Assembly (NCBI GenBank): GCA_045106595.1
Contig: JBGCEW010000012.1
Location: 220,113-284,112, forward strand
Length of the DNA: 64,000 bases
From: Roseovarius sp.
GTDB taxonomy: Bacteria; Pseudomonadota; Alphaproteobacteria; Rhodobacterales; Rhodobacteraceae
Direction: 5' to 3'
Shown: piece after piece, positions 30,701-40,395 of the stretch
Numbering within the stretch: position 1 is the stretch's first letter
Layout: each line of letters opens with the position of its first letter
Notes under the pieces: model-generated
Told to the model about the DNA's origin: nothing
Databases searched by the model: none
The model's input: the letters and a program-made list of their open reading frames with translations, nothing else
Program-made: the position numbers and the translations under genes

Positions 30701-30994
30701 TCAGGGATCGGTGCTGAGGATCTCTCCGATCTTCAGCGCCCGCATTGGGTTGCCATCCACCTTCAGCTTGCCGGTCATAAAGGCCGTGGCAGGGTTCTGG
30801 CTGCCCTCAAATATGTTTTGAAACACGCCCGATTTGGCGGTCAGGGTGATCTCTGCCGCCTTTTCACTGATCTCGGCGCCCGTTTCATCCACAAACAAAA
30901 CACCCAAGTCCGGCATATCCAGCCGCACCGTGCCTTTTATGCGCCCCTTTGCGCGGGCGGTGACGGCATCAGCAAAATCAGTCAGGGTGGTCAT
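30701..30994 (-). CDS. SCP2 sterol-binding domain protein
   Basis: NPATAFMTGKLKVDGNPMRALK. Confidence 0.85.
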   Translation of the reverse strand: MTTLTDFADAVTARAKGRIKGTVRLDMPDLGVLFVDETGAEISEKAAEITLTAKSGVFQNIFEGSQNPATAFMTGKLKVDGNPMRALKIGEILSTDP

Positions 30995-31099
30995 GGGTGC
31001 AGCTCCTGTAGCGGTGAGACCTTTAGCTTTGGCATATTGGGAAAAATGAGCCAGCGTGACGGTGGGTCACTTGGGTTTCTGACCGGGATGCCTTATGTT

Positions 31100-31112
31100 T
31101 GAACATAGTTCA
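31100..31112. promoter_or_regulatory. TetR operator copy 1 (TGAAC-N3-GTTCA)
   Basis: TGAACATAGTTCA just upstream of the tetR RBS. Confidence 0.7.
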
Positions 31113-31127
31113 CTGGAGGGATGCGCA

Positions 31128-31727
31128 ATGGCCGGAAAACGTGAAGAACGCCGCGAGGCGTTGCGCAAAACGCTTGTCGATATTGCCGAGGCCCGCGTGG
31201 TGCAAGATGGAGCCCAAGCAGTCAAGGCGCGCGAGCTTGCCAAGGAAGCTGGATGTGCGCTGGGGGCGATCTACAATGTGTTTGAGGATCTGACCCATAT
31301 TGTTCTGGATGTGAACGGACGCAGTTTCAGGCTGCTGGGTCAGGATATGCGCAGCGCCTTGAACGAGGTAAGCGATGACACCCCCACTGATCAGCTGATC
31401 GCGATCGCCGAGGCCTATCTGACATTTGCCATGACCCAGACAAACCGGTGGCGCAGCCTGTTCGAAGTGCCGTTTTCCCCCGATCTGGAAATACCGCAAT
31501 GGTATTGGCATGAAATGGATACGCTGTTTTCGCTGATTGCCGGGCCGGTTGAACGGGCCTGCCCTGACCTTACCGCACACGATCAGGCCCTGATGACAAA
31601 GGCGCTGTTTTCGTCTGTGCAGGGCATCATTTCCTTCGGGATCGAAAACCGAACTTCGCCGGTCCCCCAGGCAGACCTGAGACGGATGATCACCCTGATC
31701 GTGACGCGGACCACTGGAAACAGCTAA
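31128..31727 (+). CDS. TetR/AcrR family regulator (WHG-like C-terminus)
   Basis: VKARELAKEAGCALGAIYNVFEDL HTH; LFSSVQGI. Confidence 0.9.
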   Translation: MAGKREERREALRKTLVDIAEARVVQDGAQAVKARELAKEAGCALGAIYNVFEDLTHIVLDVNGRSFRLLGQDMRSALNEVSDDTPTDQLIAIAEAYLTFAMTQTNRWRSLFEVPFSPDLEIPQWYWHEMDTLFSLIAGPVERACPDLTAHDQALMTKALFSSVQGIISFGIENRTSPVPQADLRRMITLIVTRTTGNS

Positions 31728-31729
31728 TA

Positions 31730-31800
31730 TGAACAATGTTCAGATTTGGTCTTGAACGCCGTTCATAAACCTCTATATCTCCATTTGTGAACATTGTTCA
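31730..31800. promoter_or_regulatory. TetR operator copies 2-4 upstream of pspA-like gene
   Basis: TGAACAATGTTCA 31730-42, TGAACGCCGTTCA 31753-65, TGAACATTGTTCA 31788-800. Confidence 0.75.
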
Positions 31801-31815
31801 TGAAAAGGAGAGCCC

Positions 31816-32490
31816 ATGTTTGGAACATTCAAAACCCTGATGATTGGCGCAAATGCCCGTGCCGAGGACCGTGTCAAAGACGCGTTTGCCATTGAACTGA
31901 TCGATCAGAAAATCCGAGAGTCTGAGGCTCAGCTAAAGGCTGCCAAGGCCACACTGGCCTCATTGGTTCAACGCCAACGCTCGGAAATTCGCTTGCTGGA
32001 TGCGTTGAACACGCGGGTCAGCACCATGACCACCCGCGCCCAAGAGGCCCTTAAGGCCGAGCGCGAGGATATGGCCCGGCAGGCCGCCGAGGCGATCGCC
32101 TCAATGGAGAACGAATCCCGTTTGCGTCAGGAAACCTGCGACAGGCTGGACAGTCAGGTGACCCGGCTGCGCGGATCGGTTGAGGCAGCACATCGCCGCT
32201 TGATCGACCTGAAACAAGGGGCCGTCACCGCCCGTGCCATTCGCCGCGAACAGCAGATGCAGGGCCAGTTGCGCACAACGATTGCCAACACCTCGGCTGC
32301 GGATGAGGCCGAAGATCTGATTGCCCGCGTGGTGGGCCGTGATGACCCGTTTGAGCAATCACAGATTCTGGCGGGGATTGAGGCCGATCTCAACCATTCC
32401 TCTTTGGATGACCGCATGGCCGACAACGGCTTTGGCCCGGCCACCAAAGTGACCGCACAGCAAGTGCTTGATCGCCTGAAACGCGACTAA
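31816..32490 (+). CDS. PspA/IM30 (ESCRT-III-like) family protein
   Basis: All-helical coiled coil; ELIDQKIRESEAQLKAAK..LA, EDMARQAAEAIA, QQVLDRLK C-terminus; AAGGAG RBS. Confidence 0.85.
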   Translation: MFGTFKTLMIGANARAEDRVKDAFAIELIDQKIRESEAQLKAAKATLASLVQRQRSEIRLLDALNTRVSTMTTRAQEALKAEREDMARQAAEAIASMENESRLRQETCDRLDSQVTRLRGSVEAAHRRLIDLKQGAVTARAIRREQQMQGQLRTTIANTSAADEAEDLIARVVGRDDPFEQSQILAGIEADLNHSSLDDRMADNGFGPATKVTAQQVLDRLKRD

Positions 32491-32520
32491 TTCTATCATT
32501 GAACGAAAAGGACAGATCCC

Positions 32521-32826
32521 ATGTTTCCAACGCAAAAATCCGACACAACCGTCATCATGCTTTTCAACCTGGCAGGGGTAGTCGCCGCCTACGTACTACT
32601 GGCCCTGTCGCTTTACAAATCCGTCGAGGTGCCATTGGCCACCAAGGGGTATTGGGGCATCGGCATTCTGCTGCTGACGCTGAGCCTGGTGAACTTTGTG
32701 AAATACCGTTTCGATAACCAGCAACGCATCGACCGCATCAATCGGATCGAAGAAGCGCGCAATGAGAAGCTGCTTGAGGATTACGTGGGTGATGCTTACG
32801 GCCCCGACAAGCGCGAGGATATCTAA
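32521..32826 (+). CDS. small two-helix membrane protein (YiaA/B-like)
   Basis: Two TM helices, LATKGYWGIG..LL..S....K..FD, charged C-terminus. Confidence 0.7.
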   Translation: MFPTQKSDTTVIMLFNLAGVVAAYVLLALSLYKSVEVPLATKGYWGIGILLLTLSLVNFVKYRFDNQQRIDRINRIEEARNEKLLEDYVGDAYGPDKREDI

Positions 32827-32841
32827 GACAAAACGCAGCCG

Positions 32842-33453
32842 ATGCCATATGGTGTCGGCTGCACCCTTATGCAGAGACAGATCATGCTGCCAGATCGAGA
32901 TTATCGAGAGAAGCCCAGCCCAGAGCTGCTGCGTACCTGGTGGATCAGTGCGGTAGTGCTGTGGGTGATCTCGGCCCCGGTCTATATCTGGTGGATCGTG
33001 CCGCGAATTGATTTCTCCAAGGCGCTGGTGCCGCTCTCAGGAATTTGGCCCGTTGTCTGGTTACTGATCCCAAGCCTCGCTCTTGGGTTGCTTTATGCCA
33101 TCGTGCGCCATCGCACGGCCACCCTGCCGCGTGTGTTCGCCCCAACACGGGCGCGGATCACCGGGGCTTTGGCGTTTTGGGTGACCTTGCCGATTGCGAT
33201 CCTTGTGATCTTTCCCGTCAGCGCCGGGTTCGTCTTTGTCGAGGCGATGCGCCATCTTAACCTGGGCGTTGTCGATGACATTGTGACCATCGCGGGCACT
33301 TTGCTTCTTCTGGGTGTCAGCTATGGTGCAGCTTGCCTGCTCAGCCACGGATTGCCACAAAAGGCCAAGCGCATGGCGGGCTATCTGTTGATGTGGCTGG
33401 GTTGTGCAAGCATGGCGGCTGCACTGGGAATGATGCAGCGTTACATGATGTGA
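32842..33453 (+). CDS. hypothetical multi-pass membrane protein
   Basis: 203-aa ORF with about 5 hydrophobic segments; start uncertain. Confidence 0.6.
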   Translation: MPYGVGCTLMQRQIMLPDRDYREKPSPELLRTWWISAVVLWVISAPVYIWWIVPRIDFSKALVPLSGIWPVVWLLIPSLALGLLYAIVRHRTATLPRVFAPTRARITGALAFWVTLPIAILVIFPVSAGFVFVEAMRHLNLGVVDDIVTIAGTLLLLGVSYGAACLLSHGLPQKAKRMAGYLLMWLGCASMAAALGMMQRYMM

Positions 33454-33492
33454 GGCAGGCCCGAACACAATCAGACCCGCCTTCGATCTTTG

Positions 33493-34701
33493 CTATCCAA
33501 CAACGTTAAACTCAGGCCCGTATGGATAGCCCGTGATGTTTTCGTTGCCGTCTTCGGTGATGATCAGAACATCATGCTCGCGGTAGCCACCGGCACCGGG
33601 TTGATCGTCTGCGATGGTCAGCATCGGCTCCATCGAAATCACCATGCCGGGCTCCAGCACCGTGTCGATATCCTCGCGTAGTTCCAAGCCTGCCTCGCGG
33701 CCATAGTAATGCGACAGAACACCGAACGAATGACCATACCCAAAGGTGCGGTATTGCAGCAGTTGGCGTTCCTCAAAGAAGTCGTTGATCTTGTGGGTCA
33801 CCTCGGCGCAGCTGACACCGGGTTTCAGCAGGCTCATGCCGTACTCATGCGCGGCCACGTTGGCCTCCCACACCTTCAGCGATGCGTCATCCACTTCACC
33901 CACAAACATCGTCCGCTCCAGCGCCACATAGTAGGCCGAAATCATCGGGAATGTGTTCAGGCTGAGGATATCCCCGCGCTGCAATTCACGCGCGGTGACA
34001 GGGTTATGCGCGCCATCGGTATTGATGCCCGATTGGAACCACACCCAGCTGTCGCGGTACTCTGCATCTGGGAAGACCTTCGCAATTTCCAACTCCATCG
34101 CATCACGCCCGGCAATGGCCACGTCAATCTCACGCGTGCCAACTTTGACGGCATCGCGGATGGCATACCCACCCAGATCCGCCACTTTGCAGCACTTGCG
34201 AATAAGGTCCAGTTCAGCCTGAGATTTGTGCATGCGCTGCACCATCGTCTGAGCGGCAATATCGACGGTCTTGGAAGGGTTCAGGAAGCTATCCAGCTTG
34301 GCCTTTTGCATCAGGGTCATGTGATCGCCCTCATAGCCAATCACCTTGCCTTCACCCGAAACGCTGCGCACGGCACGCCAATAGTTGTCGCGCTGCCAGT
34401 CGGTATAGGTGATGTTGTCTTGGTGGCTGCGGCGCCATGGCTGGCCTGCGTCAATTCCGGCCGAGATAGTGACGCTTTCGGTCGCGGTCACAACCAAACC
34501 GTAGGGGCGGCCAAAGGCGCAATACAAAAACCCCGAATAATAAGCTATGTTGTGCATGGATGTGAAAACAGCGGCGTGCACGCCAGCCTCATCCATAATT
34601 TTCCGAAGACCTGCCAGACGCGTGTCATATTCAGATGCGTCAAAGGCTTGAGTGGCTTTTTCACCGTTGTGAAAACGGTACATGTCTGGACGAATAGTCA
34701 T
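33493..34701 (-). CDS. creatinase (creatine amidinohydrolase, M24 fold)
   Basis: RFHNGEK, FLYCAFGRPYGLVV, DAGQPWRRS, YTDWQRDNY, FQSGINTDGAHNP, YRTFGYGHSFG..SHYYGREAGLELRED. Confidence 0.9.
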   Translation of the reverse strand: MTIRPDMYRFHNGEKATQAFDASEYDTRLAGLRKIMDEAGVHAAVFTSMHNIAYYSGFLYCAFGRPYGLVVTATESVTISAGIDAGQPWRRSHQDNITYTDWQRDNYWRAVRSVSGEGKVIGYEGDHMTLMQKAKLDSFLNPSKTVDIAAQTMVQRMHKSQAELDLIRKCCKVADLGGYAIRDAVKVGTREIDVAIAGRDAMELEIAKVFPDAEYRDSWVWFQSGINTDGAHNPVTARELQRGDILSLNTFPMISAYYVALERTMFVGEVDDASLKVWEANVAAHEYGMSLLKPGVSCAEVTHKINDFFEERQLLQYRTFGYGHSFGVLSHYYGREAGLELREDIDTVLEPGMVISMEPMLTIADDQPGAGGYREHDVLIITEDGNENITGYPYGPEFNVVG

Positions 34702-34872
34702 AGCGACCCTCCTAATCAAAGAAAGATCCCGGCGTTCAGGATGTTGGGATATGTGAGACCGTTCTCGCAGCGACGCCATCGCGCGCAGGTCTGAAGCCGT
34801 CTTTAACGAAGTCCGGTTTGTAATCAAGTCTTTTCAGGATAGGCTGCCCGTCATTCACCGAAAGGCCCGGTT

Positions 34873-35223
34873 ATGGACAAGATCAATCTCGCTGACAAAC
34901 TCTCTGGCTTTGACCAGCTTTGGAGCCCGCGCATCGTGGCAGGCTACAACGACAATGACGTGATGGTGGTCAAGGTCGAAGGCGCGTTCAACTGGCACAG
35001 TCACGCAGACACTGATGACTTCTTTTTGGTGCTACAGGGCGAAATCGATATCGAAATGCGCGACCGCACCGTGACGCTGCAGCCAGGCGAGATGTTCGTG
35101 GTGCCCGCCGGGGTTGAACACCGGCCCGTGGCACATAAGCAAGCACATCTGCTGCTAATCGAGCCGCGCGGCACGCCCAACACAGGCGATCCTGCGACCG
35201 CCGCCACCAAGGTGCAAATATGA
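34873..35223 (+). CDS. cupin domain protein
   Basis: FNWHSHADTDDFFLVLQG...VVPAGVEHRP. Confidence 0.88.
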   Translation: MDKINLADKLSGFDQLWSPRIVAGYNDNDVMVVKVEGAFNWHSHADTDDFFLVLQGEIDIEMRDRTVTLQPGEMFVVPAGVEHRPVAHKQAHLLLIEPRGTPNTGDPATAATKVQI

Positions 35224-36209
35224 CGGCCCATCCCGGCCCCCTCAACCTGATCACAGATGTGGCAGGGCTGCGGGTGGGCAATGCCTCGGATAGTACCATA
35301 AAGACCGGCAGCACCGTGTTGCTGGGCGACGCGCCATTCACTGCGGGGGTGCATGTTATGGGTGGGGCGCCTGGCACGCGTGAAACCGATTTGCTGGCCC
35401 CCGACAAGACCGTTCAGCAAGTAGATGCGCTGGTCTTGTCTGGTGGTTCTGCCTTTGGACTTGATGCCGCCTCGGGTGTGGCTGATGGGTTGCGCGCTCA
35501 GGGCCGTGGCTTCCAGGTCGGCACCCAACGTGTGCCGATCGTGCCCGGAGCGATCTTGTTTGATCTGCTCAACGGAGGGGATAACGACTGGGATCAAAAT
35601 CCCTACAAGGCGTTGGGAACAAAAGCGCTTAACACCGCAACAGATCGTTTTGATCTTGGCAGCGTTGGTGCAGGAACCGGGGCCACAACCGCAAACCTGA
35701 AAGGTGGGCTTGGGTCGGCTTCGCTTGTTCTGCCAAGCGGGGTCACCGTCGGAGCATTGGTCGCAGTCAACGCGCTGGGGTCAGCCACCGTGGGCGATAC
35801 CCCGCATTTCTGGGCTGCCCCGTTTGAAATGGATAACGAATTCGGCGGATACGGCATTGCCCCCTCCTATCCGGATACCAGCCTACCGCCCACAAAACTG
35901 ACCCAACACGCCAACACCACAATCGGCATCGTCGCCACTGACGCGACCCTGACCCAGGCTCAATGCACGCGCCTTGCCACCTCTGCGCATGACGGCCTTG
36001 CCCGCGCCCTGGTGCCGTCGCATACCCCGATGGACGGCGATCTGATCTTTGCCGCCTCCACCGGCGCGCGCGCCCTTGAAAACCCTATCGCAGACACGCT
36101 CACACTCGGGCACGCCGCTGCACTGTGTATGTCCCGCGCCATCGCCCGCGCTGTATTTTCTGCAACACCTGCCCCGGGTGATACACGTCCTGTGTGGTCA
36201 CAACTCTAG
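35220..36209 (+). CDS. DmpA/P1 (S58) family Ntn aminopeptidase
   Basis: ITDVAGLRVG, GGAPGTRETDLL, LSGGSAFGLDAA, VGAGTGA, NTTIGIVATDA, PMDGDLIFA. Confidence 0.88.
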   Translation: MTAHPGPLNLITDVAGLRVGNASDSTIKTGSTVLLGDAPFTAGVHVMGGAPGTRETDLLAPDKTVQQVDALVLSGGSAFGLDAASGVADGLRAQGRGFQVGTQRVPIVPGAILFDLLNGGDNDWDQNPYKALGTKALNTATDRFDLGSVGAGTGATTANLKGGLGSASLVLPSGVTVGALVAVNALGSATVGDTPHFWAAPFEMDNEFGGYGIAPSYPDTSLPPTKLTQHANTTIGIVATDATLTQAQCTRLATSAHDGLARALVPSHTPMDGDLIFAASTGARALENPIADTLTLGHAAALCMSRAIARAVFSATPAPGDTRPVWSQL

Positions 36210-36266
36210 GCTTTTGCGTCACTTACACCCTCAAATTCCGATCGCCCGGAACATGCGGGTCGGGAT

Positions 36267-37058
36267 TTATGACAGCATCTGCCGTACCATCTCGCTGCTG
36301 GGATCAACCAATGCGTCAATCACATCGAAATGGTGTTTGGCGTCTTCCACCACATGATCTGCCCCCCACGCCTCGGCCAGCCAGCGCGCCTGATCCAGAA
36401 ACACGGGGCGTTCATCAGCACCCACCCAAACGGTCACTGGAACATCCAGACGATCCGTCATCAGCACCGGGCTCTCTGCGGCGGCACTTGCCTCATCCAG
36501 TCCGAAATCATCGTTCATCTGCGTCTGCATCAAAGGCCGCAAGTCAGACACCGGCGAAATCGGCATGACCCGTTGGAGGCGGGCGGCCACGTCCGATGAC
36601 AACAGCCCCGGCGCCAGCATGCGTGCCACCAGATGCCCCCCTGCGGAATGGCCTGCCAAAACAATCGGCCCCTCGGCCATTTCAGCGATCACATTTACCG
36701 ACGATGCAATCTGGCGCGTGATATCCGCTATCGAAACATCCGGGCACAGATCATAAGACGGCATCGCCACAGCCCACCCTTGGGCCACAGCCCCTTGCGC
36801 CAGATGAAACCAATATGATCGATCAAACTTCAGCCAGTACCCGCCGTGCACAAAGATCATCAAACCCCTGGCGTCACCCTCGGGGTAAAACAGATCAAAT
36901 CGCTGTCGACCAGTGTCTCCATAGGGCAATCCATCGCGCCTGCGTCCATTGGCACCTTGCACAAATGCCCAATTGCGCGACGCATTCAACCATCGTTCAG
37001 GATAGGCCTCGGCTCCTTCAATGTATGGTCCATTGGCATAGGCATCATCATAATCCAC
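36267..37058 (-). CDS. alpha/beta hydrolase (arylformamidase/esterase-like)
   Basis: FVHGGYW, LAGHSAGGHL nucleophile, KHHFDVID; start estimated at GTG 37058 (longer track ORF is a gabD shadow). Confidence 0.85.
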   Translation of the reverse strand: MDYDDAYANGPYIEGAEAYPERWLNASRNWAFVQGANGRRRDGLPYGDTGRQRFDLFYPEGDARGLMIFVHGGYWLKFDRSYWFHLAQGAVAQGWAVAMPSYDLCPDVSIADITRQIASSVNVIAEMAEGPIVLAGHSAGGHLVARMLAPGLLSSDVAARLQRVMPISPVSDLRPLMQTQMNDDFGLDEASAAAESPVLMTDRLDVPVTVWVGADERPVFLDQARWLAEAWGADHVVEDAKHHFDVIDALVDPSSEMVRQMLS

Positions 37059-37151
37059 TGGCGCAAACCCCTTCACTGCTCTGGACAAGCTTAGCCTAAG
37101 ATGCTTTGCCATTGCGAGAGTGTACACACGATTTGACCTAAGGAGAGACCC

Positions 37152-38624
37152 ATGTCTGCGACCGATTTGAAATCCATGTTGAACGACCCCAGCCTGCTGG
37201 CTGAACAGGCCTATTCCGACGGTCAGTGGATCGATGGTGAAGGCGGCACATTTGACGTCACGAACCCTGCAACAGGCGCGGTCATTGCGCAGGTCGCCGA
37301 TATGTCGCGTGCCCAAGTCGCCGCAACTGTGGCCGCCGCTGAGAAAGCTCAGAAAGACTGGGCTGCGATGACCGGCAAGGAACGCGCGGGCATCCTGCGC
37401 AAATGGTTCGATCTGATGATGGAAAACCAAGAGGACCTGGCCATTATCCTGACCGCCGAACAGGGCAAACCCCTGGCCGAAGCCCGCGGCGAAATTGGCT
37501 ATGGCGCATCGTTCATCGAATTTTTTGGCGAAGAGGCCAAACGGATTTATGGCGAAACCATTCCGGGCCACCAGCGCGACAAACGCATCACCGTCTTGAA
37601 GCAACCCATCGGGGTTGCAGCCTCCATCACACCGTGGAATTTCCCCAATGCCATGATCACCCGCAAAGCCGCGCCCGCGTTGGCGGCAGGCTGTGCTTTT
37701 GTCGGGCGTCCCGCGGCAGAAACACCCTTGTCGGCCACCGTCATGGGCGTGCTGGCCGAACGCGCGGGCATCCCGGCAGGTGTGTTCAACATCGTGACCT
37801 CGTCGCGCAGTTCGGACGTGGGCAAGGAATTCTGCGAAAATCCTGCCGTGCGCAAACTGACCTTCACCGGGTCTACCGAAGTGGGCCGCATCCTGCTGCG
37901 TCAGGCGGCCGACAGCGTGATGAAATGCTCAATGGAGCTGGGCGGCAACGCGCCCTTTATCGTGTTTGACGATGCCGATCTGGATGCCGCCGTCGAAGGT
38001 GCCATCATGTGCAAATTCCGCAATAACGGTCAAACCTGTGTCTGCGCCAACCGCATCTACGTGCAATCGGGGGTCTACGACGCCTTCGCCGCCAAGCTGA
38101 AGGACGCCGTATCAGCTATGAAAATCGGCAACGGCATGGACGACGGTGTGGCGCTTGGCCCCCTGATCAACGCCGACGCCATCGAGAAGGTGCAGGAACA
38201 TGTGGCCGACGCCACCGCCAAGGGTGGAGAGGTTATCCTGGGCGGCGGTGATCCGATGCAGGGCGAGGGGTACTTCCTGCCTCCCACCATCATCACCGGC
38301 TGCACGCAGGATATGCAAGTCGCCCAAGACGAAACCTTTGGTCCCATGGCGCCTCTGTTCAAGTTTGAGAACGAAGACGATGTGATCGCTATGGCCAATG
38401 ACACGATCTTTGGTCTGGCCTCGTATTTCTACGCCAAGGACCTCAGCCGCGTCTACAAAGTGGCCGAGGCGCTGGAATATGGCATCGTGGGTGTGAACAC
38501 CGGCATTATCTCAACCGAGGTGGCCCCGTTTGGGGGCGTCAAGCAATCCGGCCTGGGCCGCGAAGGCAGCCACCACGGGATCGAGGACTATCTTGAAATG
38601 AAGTACATTTGTATGTCGGTCTAA
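37152..38624 (+). CDS. gabD: NAD(P)-dependent succinate-semialdehyde dehydrogenase
   Basis: ITPWNFPNAMITRK, FTGSTEVG, MELGGNAP, KFRNNGQTCVCANR, ETFGP, GGVKQSGLGREGS. Confidence 0.92.
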   Translation: MSATDLKSMLNDPSLLAEQAYSDGQWIDGEGGTFDVTNPATGAVIAQVADMSRAQVAATVAAAEKAQKDWAAMTGKERAGILRKWFDLMMENQEDLAIILTAEQGKPLAEARGEIGYGASFIEFFGEEAKRIYGETIPGHQRDKRITVLKQPIGVAASITPWNFPNAMITRKAAPALAAGCAFVGRPAAETPLSATVMGVLAERAGIPAGVFNIVTSSRSSDVGKEFCENPAVRKLTFTGSTEVGRILLRQAADSVMKCSMELGGNAPFIVFDDADLDAAVEGAIMCKFRNNGQTCVCANRIYVQSGVYDAFAAKLKDAVSAMKIGNGMDDGVALGPLINADAIEKVQEHVADATAKGGEVILGGGDPMQGEGYFLPPTIITGCTQDMQVAQDETFGPMAPLFKFENEDDVIAMANDTIFGLASYFYAKDLSRVYKVAEALEYGIVGVNTGIISTEVAPFGGVKQSGLGREGSHHGIEDYLEMKYICMSV

Positions 38625-38648
38625 AATCTCGGGTGTGGCCGGTCGGAC

Positions 38649-39716
38649 TCAATCGTCCTCCAGATCAGGCCGCACCCAAAGCATGCCGCCGCCCAGCAGC
38701 CGCATTTGCGCCTGACCGGCCACCTCAGCGATGGTCAACGGGTCCGATCCCTGTGTCCGGCCCAACACCAAAGTAGCGGCCACAAGGATCACCACCCCCA
38801 CTGCAAAAAGCATAATTGTTGAAACCAGCATCACGCCGCTCATCGCCAGAACACCAATGATCATGGGCAACGGATTAGCATCCGAAATGTTCATATCACC
38901 CATGTAAGGCAACGCCAAAGTCAGCGAAATATAGATCACCGACCCCAAAAACAGCGCACTCGAAAAACTGTTGGAAATCGCCTTACGCAGACCAGCCCAA
39001 GCCTCTTTGGCCGTTTCGGCGCGGGGGCCCCATTCGGGGTTTTCGATGTCACCCGGCAGGTCGTCTGGATCAGCCATCCAGATTTCTGCGACACAGATCA
39101 GGATCGCGGCCAGCATGATCAGCGCAGCCAGCCCCAAAGACACATCCAGCAGCCACATCGCGCCCGGCACCCCAAGGTTCAGCACCATTATGAACATCAT
39201 ATAAACCGGAAACGCAGCCCCAATTTTCAAATCTTCCACGCTCACGCGTTGTCCGTCTTCACCACCCTTCAGGGCTTTCTCAGCCAACGGCGCCATAAAC
39301 ATCAACGGCAGCACCAGAAGACCAAACAGCACAGGGGATACAGCACCAAAAATGCCCTTATCAGGGTTCTCCACAGGTGTGGTTGCAGCTTCAGTGGCCG
39401 TCTCGATAGGGATCCCGCCGAATAAACCAAATGCAAACGGGATCGCAATAATCACCGCCATGCCAAGACCAACAATCAGCTTTACCCCAACCTCACGTCG
39501 CGATTTGCCGTCGCGCAGGGCTGTGATCGGGTCTGCGAACATGATGGTAAAGAACACAACCATACTTGCCGCTATCACCGCTTGAGGGGGAAAACTGAGT
39601 GCCATCAACACCTTGCTCAGAACAAAACTGATACCAAAGGCCAAAGCCATTGACGCGACATGATCAAGAAGCAAATCCTTGATTTTGGGAAACTTCGGGT
39701 CGGCTTTATTGGTCAT
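38649..39716 (-). CDS. hypothetical polytopic membrane protein
   Basis: 355-aa ORF with about 8 hydrophobic segments; AGGAAG RBS; no family recognised. Confidence 0.7.
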   Translation of the reverse strand: MTNKADPKFPKIKDLLLDHVASMALAFGISFVLSKVLMALSFPPQAVIAASMVVFFTIMFADPITALRDGKSRREVGVKLIVGLGMAVIIAIPFAFGLFGGIPIETATEAATTPVENPDKGIFGAVSPVLFGLLVLPLMFMAPLAEKALKGGEDGQRVSVEDLKIGAAFPVYMMFIMVLNLGVPGAMWLLDVSLGLAALIMLAAILICVAEIWMADPDDLPGDIENPEWGPRAETAKEAWAGLRKAISNSFSSALFLGSVIYISLTLALPYMGDMNISDANPLPMIIGVLAMSGVMLVSTIMLFAVGVVILVAATLVLGRTQGSDPLTIAEVAGQAQMRLLGGGMLWVRPDLEDD

Positions 39717-39852
39717 GATCGGACACTTCCTGACAAAAACATGCCTTCCTTAACAACCGAATGGGGAGAAACCGTGCGGGGTGTGGGGCGATTTTGAAAA
39801 CTTCTTTTGATCACACCAAGGATTGACGTATGGCACGCGTCCTACAATCGTG

Positions 39853-40395
39853 ATGCGTATGACAGTCAGTGACCACAGCCTTGCTATGGCGGCAGGCAAT
39901 GGCGATGCCCAGGCGTTCTCGACCCTGATCGAGAAGCATTATGATGGCGTGTTCCGGCTGGCGTTTCGTCTGACTGGTGCGCGCGATCAGGCCGAGGATC
40001 TGACACAGGACATATGCGCTGCCCTGCCCGCCAAGCTGAGCAAATTCAAAGGCGAGGCCAAGTTCACCACGTGGCTGTGGCGCGTGGTGGTGAATGCCGC
40101 CCATGACCGCCGACGCCGCGCCGCCACCCGGGCAAGGCATGGCAATGGATGGGGCGACTGGGAACAAAACCGGCAGGCTGTGAACAGCGAGGCCGCAGAA
40201 GCGCTCGATTGGTTAACCCAAGCGATGCGCGCCCTGCCCGATGATTTGCGCGACACGCTGGCATTGGTGCTGGATGACGCCACCCATGACCAGGCAGGCG
40301 AGGTGCTGGGGATTTCGCCCGGAACAGTCGCCTGGCGTGTCTCAGAGGCCAAGAAACACCTGCGCGCCCTGCGCGAAAAGGAGGATCAGATTTGA
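39853..40395 (+). CDS. ECF RNA polymerase sigma factor
   Basis: AEDLTQD, FTTWLWRVVVNAAHD region 2; ALPDDLRDTLAL...LGISPGTVAWRVSEAK region 4. Confidence 0.9.
   Translation: MRMTVSDHSLAMAAGNGDAQAFSTLIEKHYDGVFRLAFRLTGARDQAEDLTQDICAALPAKLSKFKGEAKFTTWLWRVVVNAAHDRRRRAATRARHGNGWGDWEQNRQAVNSEAAEALDWLTQAMRALPDDLRDTLALVLDDATHDQAGEVLGISPGTVAWRVSEAKKHLRALREKEDQI

Noticed and set aside
31730-31800. GAAC/GTTC motifs as LexA (SOS) boxes
   Set aside because: Alphaproteobacterial LexA binds direct repeats GTTC-N7-GTTC; these are inverted with N3 spacing and sit beside a TetR
33709-34794. 361-aa ORF antisense to creatinase
   Set aside because: Shadow ORF with no recognisable domain
37059-37604. Apparent 180-aa N-terminal extension of the alpha/beta hydrolase
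   Set aside because: It is the antisense of gabD read through in frame; the true start is near 37058
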